From the human T2T-CHM13v2.0 reference genome, Homo sapiens, in NCBI RefSeq assembly GCF_009914755.1, contig NC_060934.1: DNA of 64,000 nucleotides; one strand, written 5' to 3'. The position numbers and the translations under genes were made by a program. Numbering within the stretch: position 1 is the first letter of the stretch; each line of letters begins with the position of its first letter. The notes under the pieces were generated by a model. It searched no databases. It saw nothing but the letters and a program-made list of their open reading frames with translations, and had not been told where the DNA came from. Shown in pieces: positions 49,658 through 61,954 of the stretch.

Positions 49658-50594
49658 GCTTTGCCAAAGTTCCAAAAGAGCATAGTATTAAAGCAAGATC
49701 CAGTCACTGGAACTGGGTATGTGGCCTCAGGAGAGAGGTAACTGGAACCAAAAGCCATACTCAGAGCCAGCATGTTCTCTGGGCACCAAATCTGAGCTAC
49801 TTATGACTTCCTGATCTAGGACAGGAGCAGGCTGAGAGTCCAAGAAGGTGGTGGGCAAATGGCCCCAACAGTGGGAAGAACCTAGCTGTGAGATCAAGCA
49901 GCAGGCAAGGCAGGGCAGGATGGCCCTGGCTGCTCATAACCCATTAATTGACTTACAACAAATTGAGCTGAGAAGGGCCAAGAGATTTACCAATTGTGCT
50001 CTGTGAATGTGGGCTGCTTGGCCTTGGCCCAACAACTACCTCAGAGAATTATGTTAGTGTTGAGATTCAAAATTGGATTACAAATAATAGTGGATTATGA
50101 GAGAGGAGCAATAATGCGTTACAAATAAACATTTAACTTCTGTCTGTCAAGGAACTGCCAATTATGAAGGACACTAAATATGATATACTCCAAAATGAAT
50201 GTTGTGTGTCCCATTTGATTTAAACACTTCTCACCAAGGCGTTTGCTGCTAATAGAACGATGATAGGACCTTCTAATAGAGCCACCCTGTTCTACCCATA
50301 TATCAATCAGGATTATTCTGCCCATTTCTACCCATTCTAACCCCCCAACCCACTCCCACTTCTGATTGATAGATACTGTCAAGAAGACCAAAGGAGGTGA
50401 CTTCTTTTATATGAGGCTGGGAAGGTCCCACAAACTCATACCTCCCCCAAGTTACCACCAAGGCACAAAGGTGGGCCAGTTCCTTTGCATTTCCCACAGC
50501 CCCCTCAGGCCTGCAGGCTGGGGATTCCTTTATGTCTCCATATCTGATGGTAACATTCATTACAGGGTCAAGAGATCACAGGAAATGAACCAAT

Positions 50595-50805
50595 AAAGGG
50601 CTTCCACTCTGTGCCAGCTAGTGTGTTAGATATTTTATGCCATGCTGCCACGTTTAATTTTCCCATAAATTTCATGATGTGTTATTAGGCTCATTTTACA
50701 GATAAGGAAACTGAGGCTCAGAGAGGTTGTATAAGTTGCTTATGTCACGTAGTTGATAAGTGCTTGCCCTGAGATTTGAACCTAGCACTCTGGGGCTCCA
50801 AAACT
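50595..50805 (-). mobile_element. MIR SINE
   Basis: cattttacagataaggaaactgaggctcagagagg...gatttgaacctag. Confidence 0.85.
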
Positions 50806-51710
50806 AATAATATTTCTCTTTGGACAAGCTGCATTCCAGAAACAATATGCCAGGATATAAATATCACAGAAGGGGCCGTACCAGTATCCCGCCAATATGG
50901 CCATGACTGCTGTGAGTTCAGTGGGGTTACTTATTATTGGCACATAAATGTCCTCTTTCCTACTTTTGGCCAAGATTTGCCCTTCTCATAATTAAAACCT
51001 ATTTTTATCAGGAACAAGGTTATTCCATATCTGCTTTTTCCCAATGCCTAAGAACTGGTAGACTGCTATGAGTGGCACAAAGTTTTGTTTTGCTTTAAAG
51101 ATGGTGCTATAGTTAATTTCCTGGGTAACTTTGGGTGCTCCATTAGGAGGAAAGACAGACAAGTAATTTCTTAAACAAGAGAAGCAATAGTCAAACCCCT
51201 CATCCCTATAACTTTTCCTGTCCTCCTGACCCAGCATCCCAGTAACACTAAGAGAGAGATGCCACAGGAGAGGGTTGTTCAAGCCACTGGAGTATGGTGG
51301 ATGTGATGGTTAATTCTAGGTGTCACCTTGACAGGATTAAGTAATACCTAGAGAAGTGGTAAGGCATTATTTCTAGATGTGTCTGTGAGGGTTTTTCCAC
51401 AGACACAGACACCACTGAGTGGGGAAGGTGTGCCTTCAATGTGGACAGGTACCATCCAATTGGGTGGGGCCTGGTTAGAAGAAACAAGCTCCTTTGGACT
51501 CCAGGACTTACACCAGCGGCCCACCAGGTCCTCAGGCCTTTAGTCTCGGACTGAGAGTTACACCGTCGGCTTCCTGGGTTCTGAGGTCTTTGGACTTGGA
51601 CTGAGTCACATTATTGGTATCCTAGGGTCTCCAGCTTGCAGACAACCCTACTGTCTGACTTCTCAGGCTCCATAATCACATGAGCCAGTTCCCTTAATAA
51701 ATCTCCTCTC

Positions 51711-51815
51711 ATCTGTCTATCTATCTATCTATATCTGTCTATTATCTATCTTTCTATCTATCTATCTATCATCTATCATCTATCTATCTATCTGTCTGTC
51801 TGTCTAATCTATCTA
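51711..51815. repeat. Complex (TCTA)n/(TCTG)n tetranucleotide STR
   Basis: Directly visible; further TCTG units at about 51930-51947. Confidence 0.92.
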
Positions 51816-51923
51816 TCAGGTTGGTGCAAAGTAATTGCAGTTTTTCCATTACTTTAATGCAGAGGTAATTGTGATTTTGCCATTAAAGTAATGGTTGGCA
51901 CAACTACTTTTGCACCAACCTAA
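51816..51923. mobile_element. MADE1 (Hsmar1-derived MITE), elongated 108-bp variant
   Basis: TIRs TCAGGTTGGTGCAAA / TTTTGCACCAACCTAA with TA on both sides (51814-15, 51924-25). Confidence 0.92.
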
Positions 51924-52049
51924 TAGCTACCTGTCTGTCTGTCTATCTCCTATTTGTTCTGTCTCTCTGGAGAGCACTGACTAATACAGTGGACGAGAGA
52001 GGGTGTTCTGGCAATTCCAGATGGCATCTCTACAGAGTACGGTTTGGGG

Positions 52050-52270
52050 AGCTTTTGAGTCAGACCACAGTGGGTTGAAATCCTGTGTCTTCATTCACCA
52101 ACTGGGTGACTTTGTTAAGTTCCTCCACAGTTTTAGGTCTCAGTTTTCCTATCTATAAAATGGGGGATTGTTGTTATGAGGATTAATGAAGTGATGAATG
52201 TAATGCATTCAGTCTAAAACCAGAACATAATGAGCCCTGAATCATTCTTGGCTCTCATTAAGATTATTAT
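52050..52270 (+). mobile_element. MIR SINE
   Basis: gagtcagacc...gggttgaaatcc...ctcagttttcctatctataaaatgggg...atgaggattaa. Confidence 0.75.
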
Positions 52271-52529
52271 TACTGTGATTCCTCTATTAAAATCATGGAA
52301 TCTATTATTGCTTTGTTTAATGGGACATGGGGAAATGACACGATGGAAAGGGAGGAGCTCTTTTGGTATCAGCAGGACTGTCAGCAGAGTCTTAGATTAT
52401 TTTGGAAGCTATTGGGAGACATGGGGAAAAGCTATGGGGGATCATCCAATTTATATACTGAATTCCTTAAATGATATATGTATGTATTTACTGATGTTTC
52501 ATTCAAGTTAGTGATGGAATTGCAGTGTC

Positions 52530-52665
52530 ATTGAATGTTGAGCCCTTCCTTTTACTCATAAGGAAACCAAGGCACAAAAGGAAGGGCCCTTTTTGAATCA
52601 TACAGCAAGTGAAAGATGGGACTAGCACTGGAACTTGGGTCTTCTGGCTCCTGCTCTGAGCCTTT
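52530..52665 (-). mobile_element. MIR fragment
   Basis: ttttactcataaggaaaccaaggcaca...catacagcaagtg...ggaacttgggtcttctggctcc. Confidence 0.6.
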
Positions 52666-52999
52666 TCCCCAACTGTTTCGTAAGGTTTGCAGGCCTCAAG
52701 GGCAGGCCCCAGAAGGCACCTTCTCTGAAGGGCCCAGCTCAGCTCTGTGTCCTTAAAGATGCTAGGTAAGAACCTGTTGATGAATTGGATGTTTGACTAG
52801 GGCCTCTACAATTATGCTTTCCCATTTATCCCTCCTTCCTGTCCTAGCCCAGGCAGCTCAAGAGGCCTCCTCACTTCAGCTCTGTAGCTTCCATTTCTGC
52901 AAAATCCCTGCTGCCATTGCAGACCTGGTCTCCCTTTGGGTGACTGCATTCTCATAAGCTTGTAATTGTCCCTTTGCTAGTTTCTGGGGTGTGGATAGT

Positions 53000-53250
53000 A
53001 TCAGGTGGTGGCTAAGAGCTGGGACTTCAGATCAAGCCCATCTGGATTCAAATTCCATGCTCTAAGTCTGCGACCTCAGGCAAGTTATTAAACTGCTCCC
53101 GGTCTTGGTTTCCTCATCTGTAAAATAGGGATAATTATAATGAGGTGTTCATGGGGCAGTGGTGAGAACTGAGTTAGATGAAGTATTAAATTAGAGTATG
53201 AGAATCACCTAAGTCATAATAAGTGCTCAAAATCTGAAAGCTCTTAATTA
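53000..53250 (+). mobile_element. MIR SINE
   Basis: ggattcaaattcc...ggcaagttatt...tttcctcatctgtaaaatagggataat...aagtgctcaa. Confidence 0.8.
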
Positions 53251-54059
53251 TAAACTGCATCCATGTTAGAGGTGGAGATGGTAGGTGGCAGGATTCAGTG
53301 CCAGAAAGTTATATTTTAAGATGTACCACGCTTTTTCTAATCATATTTTCTGAAATCTAGTACTTCACAATTTCTATCATATTTTCTCAAATTATTTTGA
53401 ACTCAGAGATGGAAATTCAGCACTATCCTTCACTGAATCTACATTTGTTGAGCACCTGCCATATATATCAAACTGACAGGCCAGACACCTACCACCTGCC
53501 CTGCATCCATTTCAAAGCTGGGGTTGCTGGATTGAGGGTAGCTAACTGATTCTATGACCTGTGGGTTTTAGGAGTGAGATATGACATTTGTCAGTTATTC
53601 GGGAGGTACAGCCTCTGAGGAGGGTCTCTGAAGACCTGCCCCCATGACCCCCTTAGGCTCCCTTTGTCTATCTCTGGAGGGACCTTCAGTCCAAACAGCA
53701 ATGTTTTGACATCTTAGTTACAGGGACACTAGGCTCATAGCAAGAGTGGGGAGAGGGACTTTTCTGGCAAAAAGACAAAGTCCTCTAATTGCTGACTCTG
53801 CATTGCCGGCTCTGCATTGCTATGGCAATATTACCGTCCTTCCGTGAGTCATCTATGGCTTAGCCACTTCCATGCTCTATCTAGTCAGGCTGTGGGGCTG
53901 GGGTCTCCATTTGCTAAGGAGCCTCAGTCGTCATGACAGCACTAATCAGAATAGTTGAGAAACATCACTTGGAAGAAAACATCACCAAACCCAGGAAATA
54001 AACTCATTGCAAACGATAGAAACTTTTGCACGTTCTGTAATTTTGCATTTTCACTAAAA

Positions 54060-54175
54060 AATTTTGCACTCCGGGAGAACAGGGATCATCCTTGCCTTAT
54101 ATTGCACTCACAGCTCCAGTGCCTCACAGAGTGTCAGGTAAAGTAGGTACTCAATAAATATTCTTTGATTGAATT
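54060..54175 (+). mobile_element. L2 3' end
   Basis: ccagtgcctcacagagtgtcagg...gtaggtactcaataaatattctttgattgaat. Confidence 0.7.
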
Positions 54176-54689
54176 ATTCTCATTGCCTAGAAGTAATCTA
54201 AAGGCATGCTAATTCTAGGTACTGCTCTAAACACCTTGCAAAAGTTAATCACTCTGTGCCTCAGCTTCCTTGACTGTAAAGTGGACTTAATATTAGGAAT
54301 AATAGTCACAGTCAGGTTATGAGTTAAGTAATTTGTCCAAACAGAAGAAGCCAAGGTTTGATCCCAGGCAATGTGGATCTTGAGTCTAGCGGCTCATCTA
54401 GCAAGGTTGTAGAGGCATCTAAGTGAAGAAGTGGGGTCTGGGCCAACTGCTCTCTTGGTGTGCGTGTCTTCCAACTGCCACACAATGTGTTCAGATAAAA
54501 TGACTAAAGTAACTATTTTTGGTGGCTTGATGAACAAAAAATGCACACCAAATTGCAGACTTGAAGAAGGAAGTTAGTGCTAGCCTCTGCCATGTGGCAG
54601 TCCTATGGAAAACTCTGGATTTGAAGTATTCCAGGGCTCTTTCTTTTTCTCCCAAGCACATCCTCATTAGCCCTACCACAGATAAAGGT

Positions 54690-54820
54690 AATGAGCTAAC
54701 TATGAGTTTTATGAAGACAAGGAAATGTTTGTGTCATTCATACTGTAGCTTTGTTGCCTAGCACAGGTGCGTGACAATAATAAGTGCTAAAAACAAATTT
54801 GTTGAATGGAAGAATGAAGA
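54690..54820 (+). mobile_element. L2 3' end
   Basis: tgcctagcacaggtgc...taagtgctaaaaacaaatttgttgaatggaagaatgaa. Confidence 0.65.
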
Positions 54821-55729
54821 AGACAGCACTGTGTGATGGGTGGAGATACTTTTAAAAGAACATCATTGAGGGTAACTGTCCAGGGTTCAGGAAGAAAAAG
54901 CCAATAGACATGGTTTTCTTTTTTTGAGGACTCAAGTTTTGAATGAAATCCCAGAACACAGATTCCAGAACAGACGACAAGAATAATTATTTTTAAAATT
55001 CATGCCGTGTGGTGTGACTTTTCTTTGGAAAATTTCAATACATAATTTTGAGGATGCCAGTTGGAAGGGAGAATTTTTTTCCTAATAAAATAGTACAGAC
55101 CACTTCAATTATTCCTGGGAAAAGGGATATTTTCTCTTTTCTCCTCCAGGCTTTCCCTGAACTCTGATTGCCGCCTGAGGAACTACGGGAAAGAACAGGA
55201 TGCGTCTGCTTCTTTGTCTCTAATAAAGTTTGTCACTTACTGAAAACTCAAATGCCACCCTCTTCCCCACATTATGAGTGCCCAGCCAGGCTTTCCAAGC
55301 TCTGAAACACTGAGCCACAGTGAGTATGGAATTCACTCCCTTTCCTCCCCTAAGAGCATGCCACACACAGTACATGTCCAACCAGGCACACACAATGTAC
55401 ATATGTGCAAGTGCATGCATGCACACAAGACCACACACACACGCCCACACCCATCTGCTCCATGCTTGTGTCAGCCTTGGTTAACATGCTTAGGAGCATC
55501 TTTACTCCTTTGTCTCTTACAGGACCGGGGAGGTGGTTTTCTTGCTCTCTGCACATAGCAACAGCTGCAATCAAAGTTAGCCTAGCTCTTCTGTGGGGAA
55601 TCTGGTGATATACAGAAGATGTCAGGGCTAGCTGTCTTGGCTGAACAAGGCATCGACCTGCCTGAAGGGACATGAGATGGCTGTTCTGTCTTCTTGCTGA
55701 AGCATAGGCAGCACCCCTAGCAGGCTGCG

Positions 55730-55850
55730 AGCACATTGACTCCACAGGGGCAGGGATCCTTGACTGTTTTATTCAGTGATGTACCCTAAGTTTCCACAGG
55801 TGTGCCTGGCACATAGTATGTGCTCAATAAATACATTTTTGAAAGAATAA
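55730..55850 (+). mobile_element. L2 3' end
   Basis: ctccacaggggcaggga...gtgcctggcacatagtatgtgctcaataaatac. Confidence 0.8.
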
Positions 55851-55994
55851 GTAACTCTGGATAGTTTTTAGAAAAATACATGGTCTTTCCTTGCATATAC
55901 TGCCTGGAACACCTGTCCCTCTCTTACCCCTTCCCAAGGCAAAAGTCCCATTTGTATTTTAAGGACCAGCATATTGTCACCTCCTTTTGGGTGC

Positions 55995-56204
55995 TTTAAA
56001 AAATTTATATATCACTGTGTACATATTTGGGGGGTAGATGTGATATTATGATACATGTATACATGTGTAATGATCAAATCAGGGTAATTGGGATATCCAT
56101 TACCCCAAACATTTATATTTTCTTGGTGTTGGGAACATTACAGTTCTTCTAGCTACTTTGAAATATTCACTAAATTATTGTTAACTATAATTTCCCTAGC
56201 ATGC
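55995..56204 (-). mobile_element. L1MA-type 3'-end fragment
   Basis: gtgtaatgatcaaatcagggtaattgggatatccatta...ctagctactttgaaatat...ttgttaactata. Confidence 0.8.
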
Positions 56205-56356
56205 AGTCTCCGCCCCAGGTATAGGTAATTTCTTCCTGTCCTGAGCTCTCATAGCATGTTATGTGCTCTGTTTTTCTTGGAGAAATGGATATGTTGACTT
56301 GCAATTACTTGGTTACATATTAACCAAGTAATATGTAACCAACATGTAATACATAA

Positions 56357-56717
<361 letters not shown>

Positions 56718-56809
56718 GCAAAATGGTTTCTCTAAGGCAGATGCCTATTTACTTGTTTATGTGTTCCTCACATCTACTAAAGTGGATAGAATGACAACAC
56801 TATGCTCAC

Positions 56810-57055
56810 TAGAGCACAGTGGTTAAAAGGTTGCCTCTGGAGTTGGACTGCTATGGTGTGAAACCTTGCTCTACCATTTGCAAGCCATGCAGACATTTAG
56901 TCAACTTACGTAATTTCTGCATCTTCATTTCCTTTTCTGTAAAATGGCAGTAGTAACAAGATCTACCTCATAGTAGTAAGCGGCTCAGTGAATTAATACT
57001 TGTAAAGCACTTACAACTCTGCTTTGTGCAAATTAAGTACTCAATAAATATTTTT
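56810..57055 (+). mobile_element. MIR SINE, near full length
   Basis: gagcacagtggttaaaagg...tctgtaaaatgg...ctacctcatag...tgtaaagcactta...gtactcaataaata. Confidence 0.8.
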
Positions 57056-57122
57056 ATTTTTTTCATAATGTATGCTTATAGTTGACATTTGTTTTTAATT
57101 TCTTTTTAAAAATTTTACTTGG

Positions 57123-57189
57123 GGCCAGGTGCAATGCCTGTAATCCCAACACTGAGAGGCTGAGGTGGGAGGATCACTTAAGCCCAGGA
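57123..57189 (+). mobile_element. 3'-truncated Alu (J/FLAM) left-arm fragment with no tail
   Basis: ggccaggtgcaatgcctgtaatcccaacactgagaggctgaggtgggaggatcacttaagcccagga. Confidence 0.8.
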
Positions 57190-57299
57190 AGCTTTAAATT
57201 TAACTGTGTATTATTCAAGCAATATTTTCCCTATGATAACCCCTGAATTTTGTCTGGGGACCCACTTGGTTAAATTTCAGTCTCTGTAGTTTTTCCAGA

Positions 57300-58225
57300 G
57301 CTACACACTCTCTACTCCCAGATAGAGTGAATCACATCTGGCCAAGCAGCATTATGAATTTCCCTGGTCCCATGATTGGGCCAGAGATAGATCCAGGATC
57401 TCACTGTAACCAGGAAAGTAGTACGAAGCTTGTGTTGGGGTTCCTGGGAAAGAGGAGGATGGTCTCCTCTCACTGGGCTGAATCTGTGTTACCTCCAGGA
57501 GGGTAGAGCTCATCTGGGAAGAGAGTCAGCTAGGAGAAGAGCCAAACCATGAGACGGAGGGAAAAACTTGATCCCTGATATACCTGTATTGTAATGTGTG
57601 AGCCCCTGATCTATCTATACCAGGGGCCATTGTCTGTTCCAGTGACAATGGCTGCCTAACAATTACTACTAAACTTAGTAGCTTAGAGCAATGGCAGAAT
57701 GTATTTGGCTTGTGTGTCTTCAATTTGGGAAGGGTTCAACAGGGAGAGATTGCATCTCCTCCACTAGGTGTCTGTGATGTTGTCCTGAGGGCTGGGGGCT
57801 AGAATCATCTGAAGGCTTGGCAATTGATGCTGGTGGTCACCTGGGGGGCTCCAGCTTCTGTCTACAGGGACCTCTTCATTTGTTCTTTTCTTATGGGCTA
57901 GTGTGGGCTTCCTTACATCAGAATGACAAGTTTTACTCTGAGGGAGTGCCCCATTCCACCCTCTAACAACACAGAAACTGCACCCTTTTTATGACCCAAC
58001 AAGGAAATTCTCATGGCATCAGTTCTGCCATCCTCCATTGGTTGGAGCACTCAGTGGAGGTCAGGTCCAAGAGAAGAAGAAGAAGAGCAATGTTTAAGAA
58101 AAGCATTTGGGACTGGAAATATGATTGTGGTCATTTTTGAAAAATGTAATGTAAAATTACTTTTTGATAAAGTCAGTCAGAATTAGATTTTCTATGATTG
58201 ATCACAGAAAGAATCCTAAAAAGAC
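57300..58225 (+). mobile_element. Old MLT1 (K/L-like) LTR interrupted by a second MLT1
   Basis: ccctggtcccatgattggg...tgagcccctgatc, resumed by taaagtcagtcagaattagattttct...cagaaagaatcctaa. Confidence 0.45.
57631..58150 (-). mobile_element. MLT1 (G/H-like) LTR nested antisense
   Basis: ggctgcctaacaatt...aaacttagtagctt...ggggctagaatcatctgaaggctt...cagttctgcca...tcatttttgaaaaat. Confidence 0.6.
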
Positions 58226-59444
58226 TGATAAAGCTTTGTTGAATAGATAAATTAATTGTTGACAATGCCTCATGTAATTTTATGGACTTTGTTATCTTTT
58301 CCTTTAATCAAATCATAACTTTTATCATCTTTTATTTGCTCTATATTTTGTTCAGGAAAAAAAAATCCCTCATTGTAGGGGAGCCTAAAAAATGGTGGCA
58401 TATTCTGGAGAGAGTCATTCACCTCGTTAGTTTTACCAATAGGGTAGGCTCACTTTTGTGGGCATTCAGCAACATGGTACCTGAGATGTATTTGTACAGA
58501 CATTCTAAGCTTCTCAAAACACTTTCCTACCGGGAACATTTTAGCTTGTCCAATCAGTAGGGGCAATCGTTTCAAACTTTGAGTTGCCTAATATCTAGAG
58601 AGGAAATGATTAACATTACTACTTAACTGTAATGAGCTTACATGATGTTTCAAATAAAATGGCTATAAGCTTATATACATTAGAGGGAAGCTGAAATAAA
58701 CCAGAATGAAACAAACATTTGTTTTGTTTTTTATTCTAGGACTTTCAAAGTCCTTAACATGTCATTTACCAATAGGGACTGTAGAGCACAGATTATTATG
58801 AGCTGATTCTGAGCTAACATTTTTTTCTCAGATTCTTGCTAAATTCTGGCATTCTAAGGAACACAGTTTAAGAAATAATGGCATTCCTAAAACAGATCTT
58901 GGAGGCAACTATAAACCTTTATTACATTTTTTCATACTTGCCTTTTTGAAAAGTTTTTTTGTTTATTATTTTCTTCAGCCTATTAAGTTAAATTTCATAG
59001 TTTTCATATAAACACTCCACAAATGGTATCCATATGAGTCTGATCTCCTCAGATTCATTTGGGGGGAATAACTAGTATCTTCCTGGGTGGGATAATGTCT
59101 TTCATCTGCAGAATGTGAGACTCTATGATGTGTGGTCATATTGACATGCATTGAGCAAGATAAGTTCCTGCCACCAGGAGAAGTGCCTTTTCCCAATTCA
59201 GAGGGGCTCCAATTCTTTTTGACAGTCTTACAAGCGTGCTGTGTCTGGTATATATTTCCTAGCTCTGGAAACTAGATCCAATCCTTCAGACTAGGTCGTC
59301 CTTTTAAAGGCAACCTCATGAGCCAGAAAACAAATGGTGGATATTTCCTTTTCTTTGGTAACAATGTTGTTTCGCAAATACCATTTGTTTTGTATCCTTG
59401 TTATAGTTTGCTTGGATCTTGGACATTTTGTAGTTGGTTATTCT

Positions 59445-61369
59445 TTTTTTTTTTAATTATACTTTAAGTTCTAGGGTACATGTGCACAATGTGTGGGTTT
59501 GTTACATATGTATACATGTGCCATGTTGGTGTGCTGCACCCATTAACTCTTCATTTACATTAGGTATTTCTCCTAATGCTATCCCTCCCCCTCCTCCTCC
59601 CCATGACAGGCCCTGGTGTGTGATGTTCCCCACCCTGTGATGTTCCCCACCCTGTGTCCGAGTGTTCTCATTGTTCAATTCCCACCTATGAGTGAGAAAA
59701 TGTGGTGTTTGGTTTTCTGTCCTTCTGATAGTTTGCTCAGAATGATGGTTTCCAGCTTCATCCATGTCCCTACAAAGGACATTATCAGGGGAACCCACCC
59801 CCAATATTTCAACATAGGTTCTTTCTATTTTCCATAAGTGTTAGCTGGCTGAGAAATAAAGAGAAAGAGTACAAAGAGAGGAATTTTACAGCTGGGCCAC
59901 TGGGGGTGACATCACATATTGGTAGGACCATGATGCCCACCTGAGCCTCAAACCAGCAAGTTTTTTATTAAGGGTTTCAAAAGGAGAGGGGGTGTAAAAC
60001 AGGGAATAGGTACAAAGATTACATGCTTCAAAGAGTCTAACAAAGATCACATGCTTCTGAGGGAACAGGACAAAGGGAAAAAACAGAACCACTGATAAGG
60101 GTCCAACAAAGATCACAAGGCAGAGGGCAAAAGCAGAACTACTGATAAGGGTCTATGTTCAGCGGTGCACGTATTGTCTTAATAAACATCTTAAACAACA
60201 GAAAACAGGATTCAAGAGCAGAGAACCAGTCTGACCACAGATTTACCAGGGTGGAGTTTTTCCCCACCCTAGTAAGCCTGAGGGTACTGCAGGAGACCAG
60301 GGCATAACTCAGTCCTTATCTCAACTGCATAAGACAGACATTCCCAGAGCAGCCGTTTATAGACCTCCCCCCAGGAATGCATTCCTTTCCCAGGGTATTG
60401 ATATTAATATTCCTTGCAAGGAAAAGAATTTAGCGGTATCTCTCCTACTTGCACATCCATTTATAGGCTCTCTGCAAGAAGAAAAATAGGGCTCCTTTTG
60501 CCCAACCCCACAGGCATTCAGACCTTATGGTTGTCTTCCCTTGTTCCCTAAAAATCACTGTTATTCTGTTCTTTTTCAAAGTGCATTGATTTCATATTGT
60601 TCAAACACACGTGTTTTACAATCAGTTTGTACAGTTAACACAATTATCACAGTGGTCTTGAGGTGATGTACATCCTCAGCTTACAAAGATAACAGGATTA
60701 AGAGATTAAAGTAAAGACAGGCATAAGAAATTATTAAAGTATTATTTGGGAACTGATAAATGTCCATATTAAAATGAAATATTCACAATTTATGTTCCTC
60801 TGCCGTGGCTCCAGCTGGTCCCTCTGTTCGGGGTCCCTGACTTCCCGCAACAGGATGTGAACTCATCCTTTTTTATAGCTGCACAGTATTCCATGGTGTA
60901 TATGTGCCACAGAATGGGAGAAAATTTTTGCAATCTACCCACCTGACGAAGGGTTAATATCCAGAATCTACAAAGGACTTAAACAAATTTACAAGAAAAA
61001 AATCAAACAACCCCATCAAAAAGTGGGCAAAGGATATGAACAGACACTTCTCAAAAGAAGACATTTATGCAGCCAACAGACACATGAGAAAATGCTCATC
61101 ATCACTGGTCATCAGAGAAATGCAAATCAAAACCACGGTGAGATACCATCTCACACCAGTTAGAATAGCGATCATTAAAAAGTCAGGAAACAACAGGTGC
61201 TGGGGAGGATGTGGAGAAATAGGAACACTTTTACACTGTTGGTGGGAGTGTAAACTAGTTCAACCATTGTGGAAGACAGTGTGGTGATTCCTCAAGGATC
61301 TAGAACTAGAAATGCCATTTGACCCAGTGATCCCATTACTGGGTATATACCCAAAGGATTATAAATCAG
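59445..61369 (-). mobile_element. L1PA5-like element with a 5' inversion, interrupted by MER11
   Basis: Poly(T) tail at 59445; minus-strand 3' end to 60911; plus-strand inverted ORF2 segment 60909-61368 ([17 protein letters not shown]...); TSD gtagttggttattct (59430) / gtaattggttatttt (61370). Confidence 0.92.
59783..60852 (-). mobile_element. Solo MER11 LTR (HERV-K11/HML-8), 1070 bp, possibly MER11C
   Basis: Reverse strand starts TGTTGCGGGAAGTCAGGGACCCCGAAC and ends GAAATATTGGGGGTGGGTTCCCCTGATA; 6-bp TSD ggacat/ggatgt. Confidence 0.92.
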
Positions 61370-61954
61370 GTAATTGGTTATTTTAAGAAGAAAGGGGAGC
61401 AAGGCAGCTCTAGAAATCCTGGCTTTCTCTCAGCTCTTTTGTTTTTCCAATTAAGTGTCCTGGGACTTACTGCCCCTTAAGCTTTCTTCTCAAGAGGCTT
61501 CTCTATGATGTTACATGATATTGGAGTGCCTGTTGTAGAATATTTCCTGTCTTCCAGAACTCAATATGTTACAAATAACAGACCCACACTGGACTGAGCA
61601 TCTGCCCTCCACTTTACAATTCTTTTGGTTGTGGGTTTTTGATTCAGGGAATATCACAAACAGCAAGGAGAAATATTATCCATCAGAGAGGTGACACAGA
61701 ACGGCCACTCTCTGCCAAATATCTCAAGAGAAATTCATCCCAATAATACAGAGACAATTTGGAAAAGAGAGATTTAAAATCTTAGATTGTGTGTGCAATG
61801 GTAAAAGGACAAGGGGGTAAATAATGGGAGTGGAGAGGATTGATTGGTTTGGGGTTCAGCATTGCTTATTTTCCATTTAATACACATTCTGCAAAATATT
61901 AATAGTTATTAGTTGACAAAAAGAGAGAGAGAGATTGTGTCAGCAGATGAATTT

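Larger units (their letters stand above)
51302..51988 (+). mobile_element. Solo ERVL LTR, MLT2B-like, containing an STR and MADE1
   Basis: TGTGATGGTTAATT...GACTAATACA; perfect 5-bp TSD GTGGA (51297-51301 / 51989-51993). Confidence 0.9.

Noticed and set aside
46990-49940. Possible ancient LTR relics at about 46990-47200 and around the MLT1A (49180-49940), plus a MER5A-like trace just upstream at about 46700-46845
   Set aside because: Too degenerate to name or delimit by eye; not reported as features.
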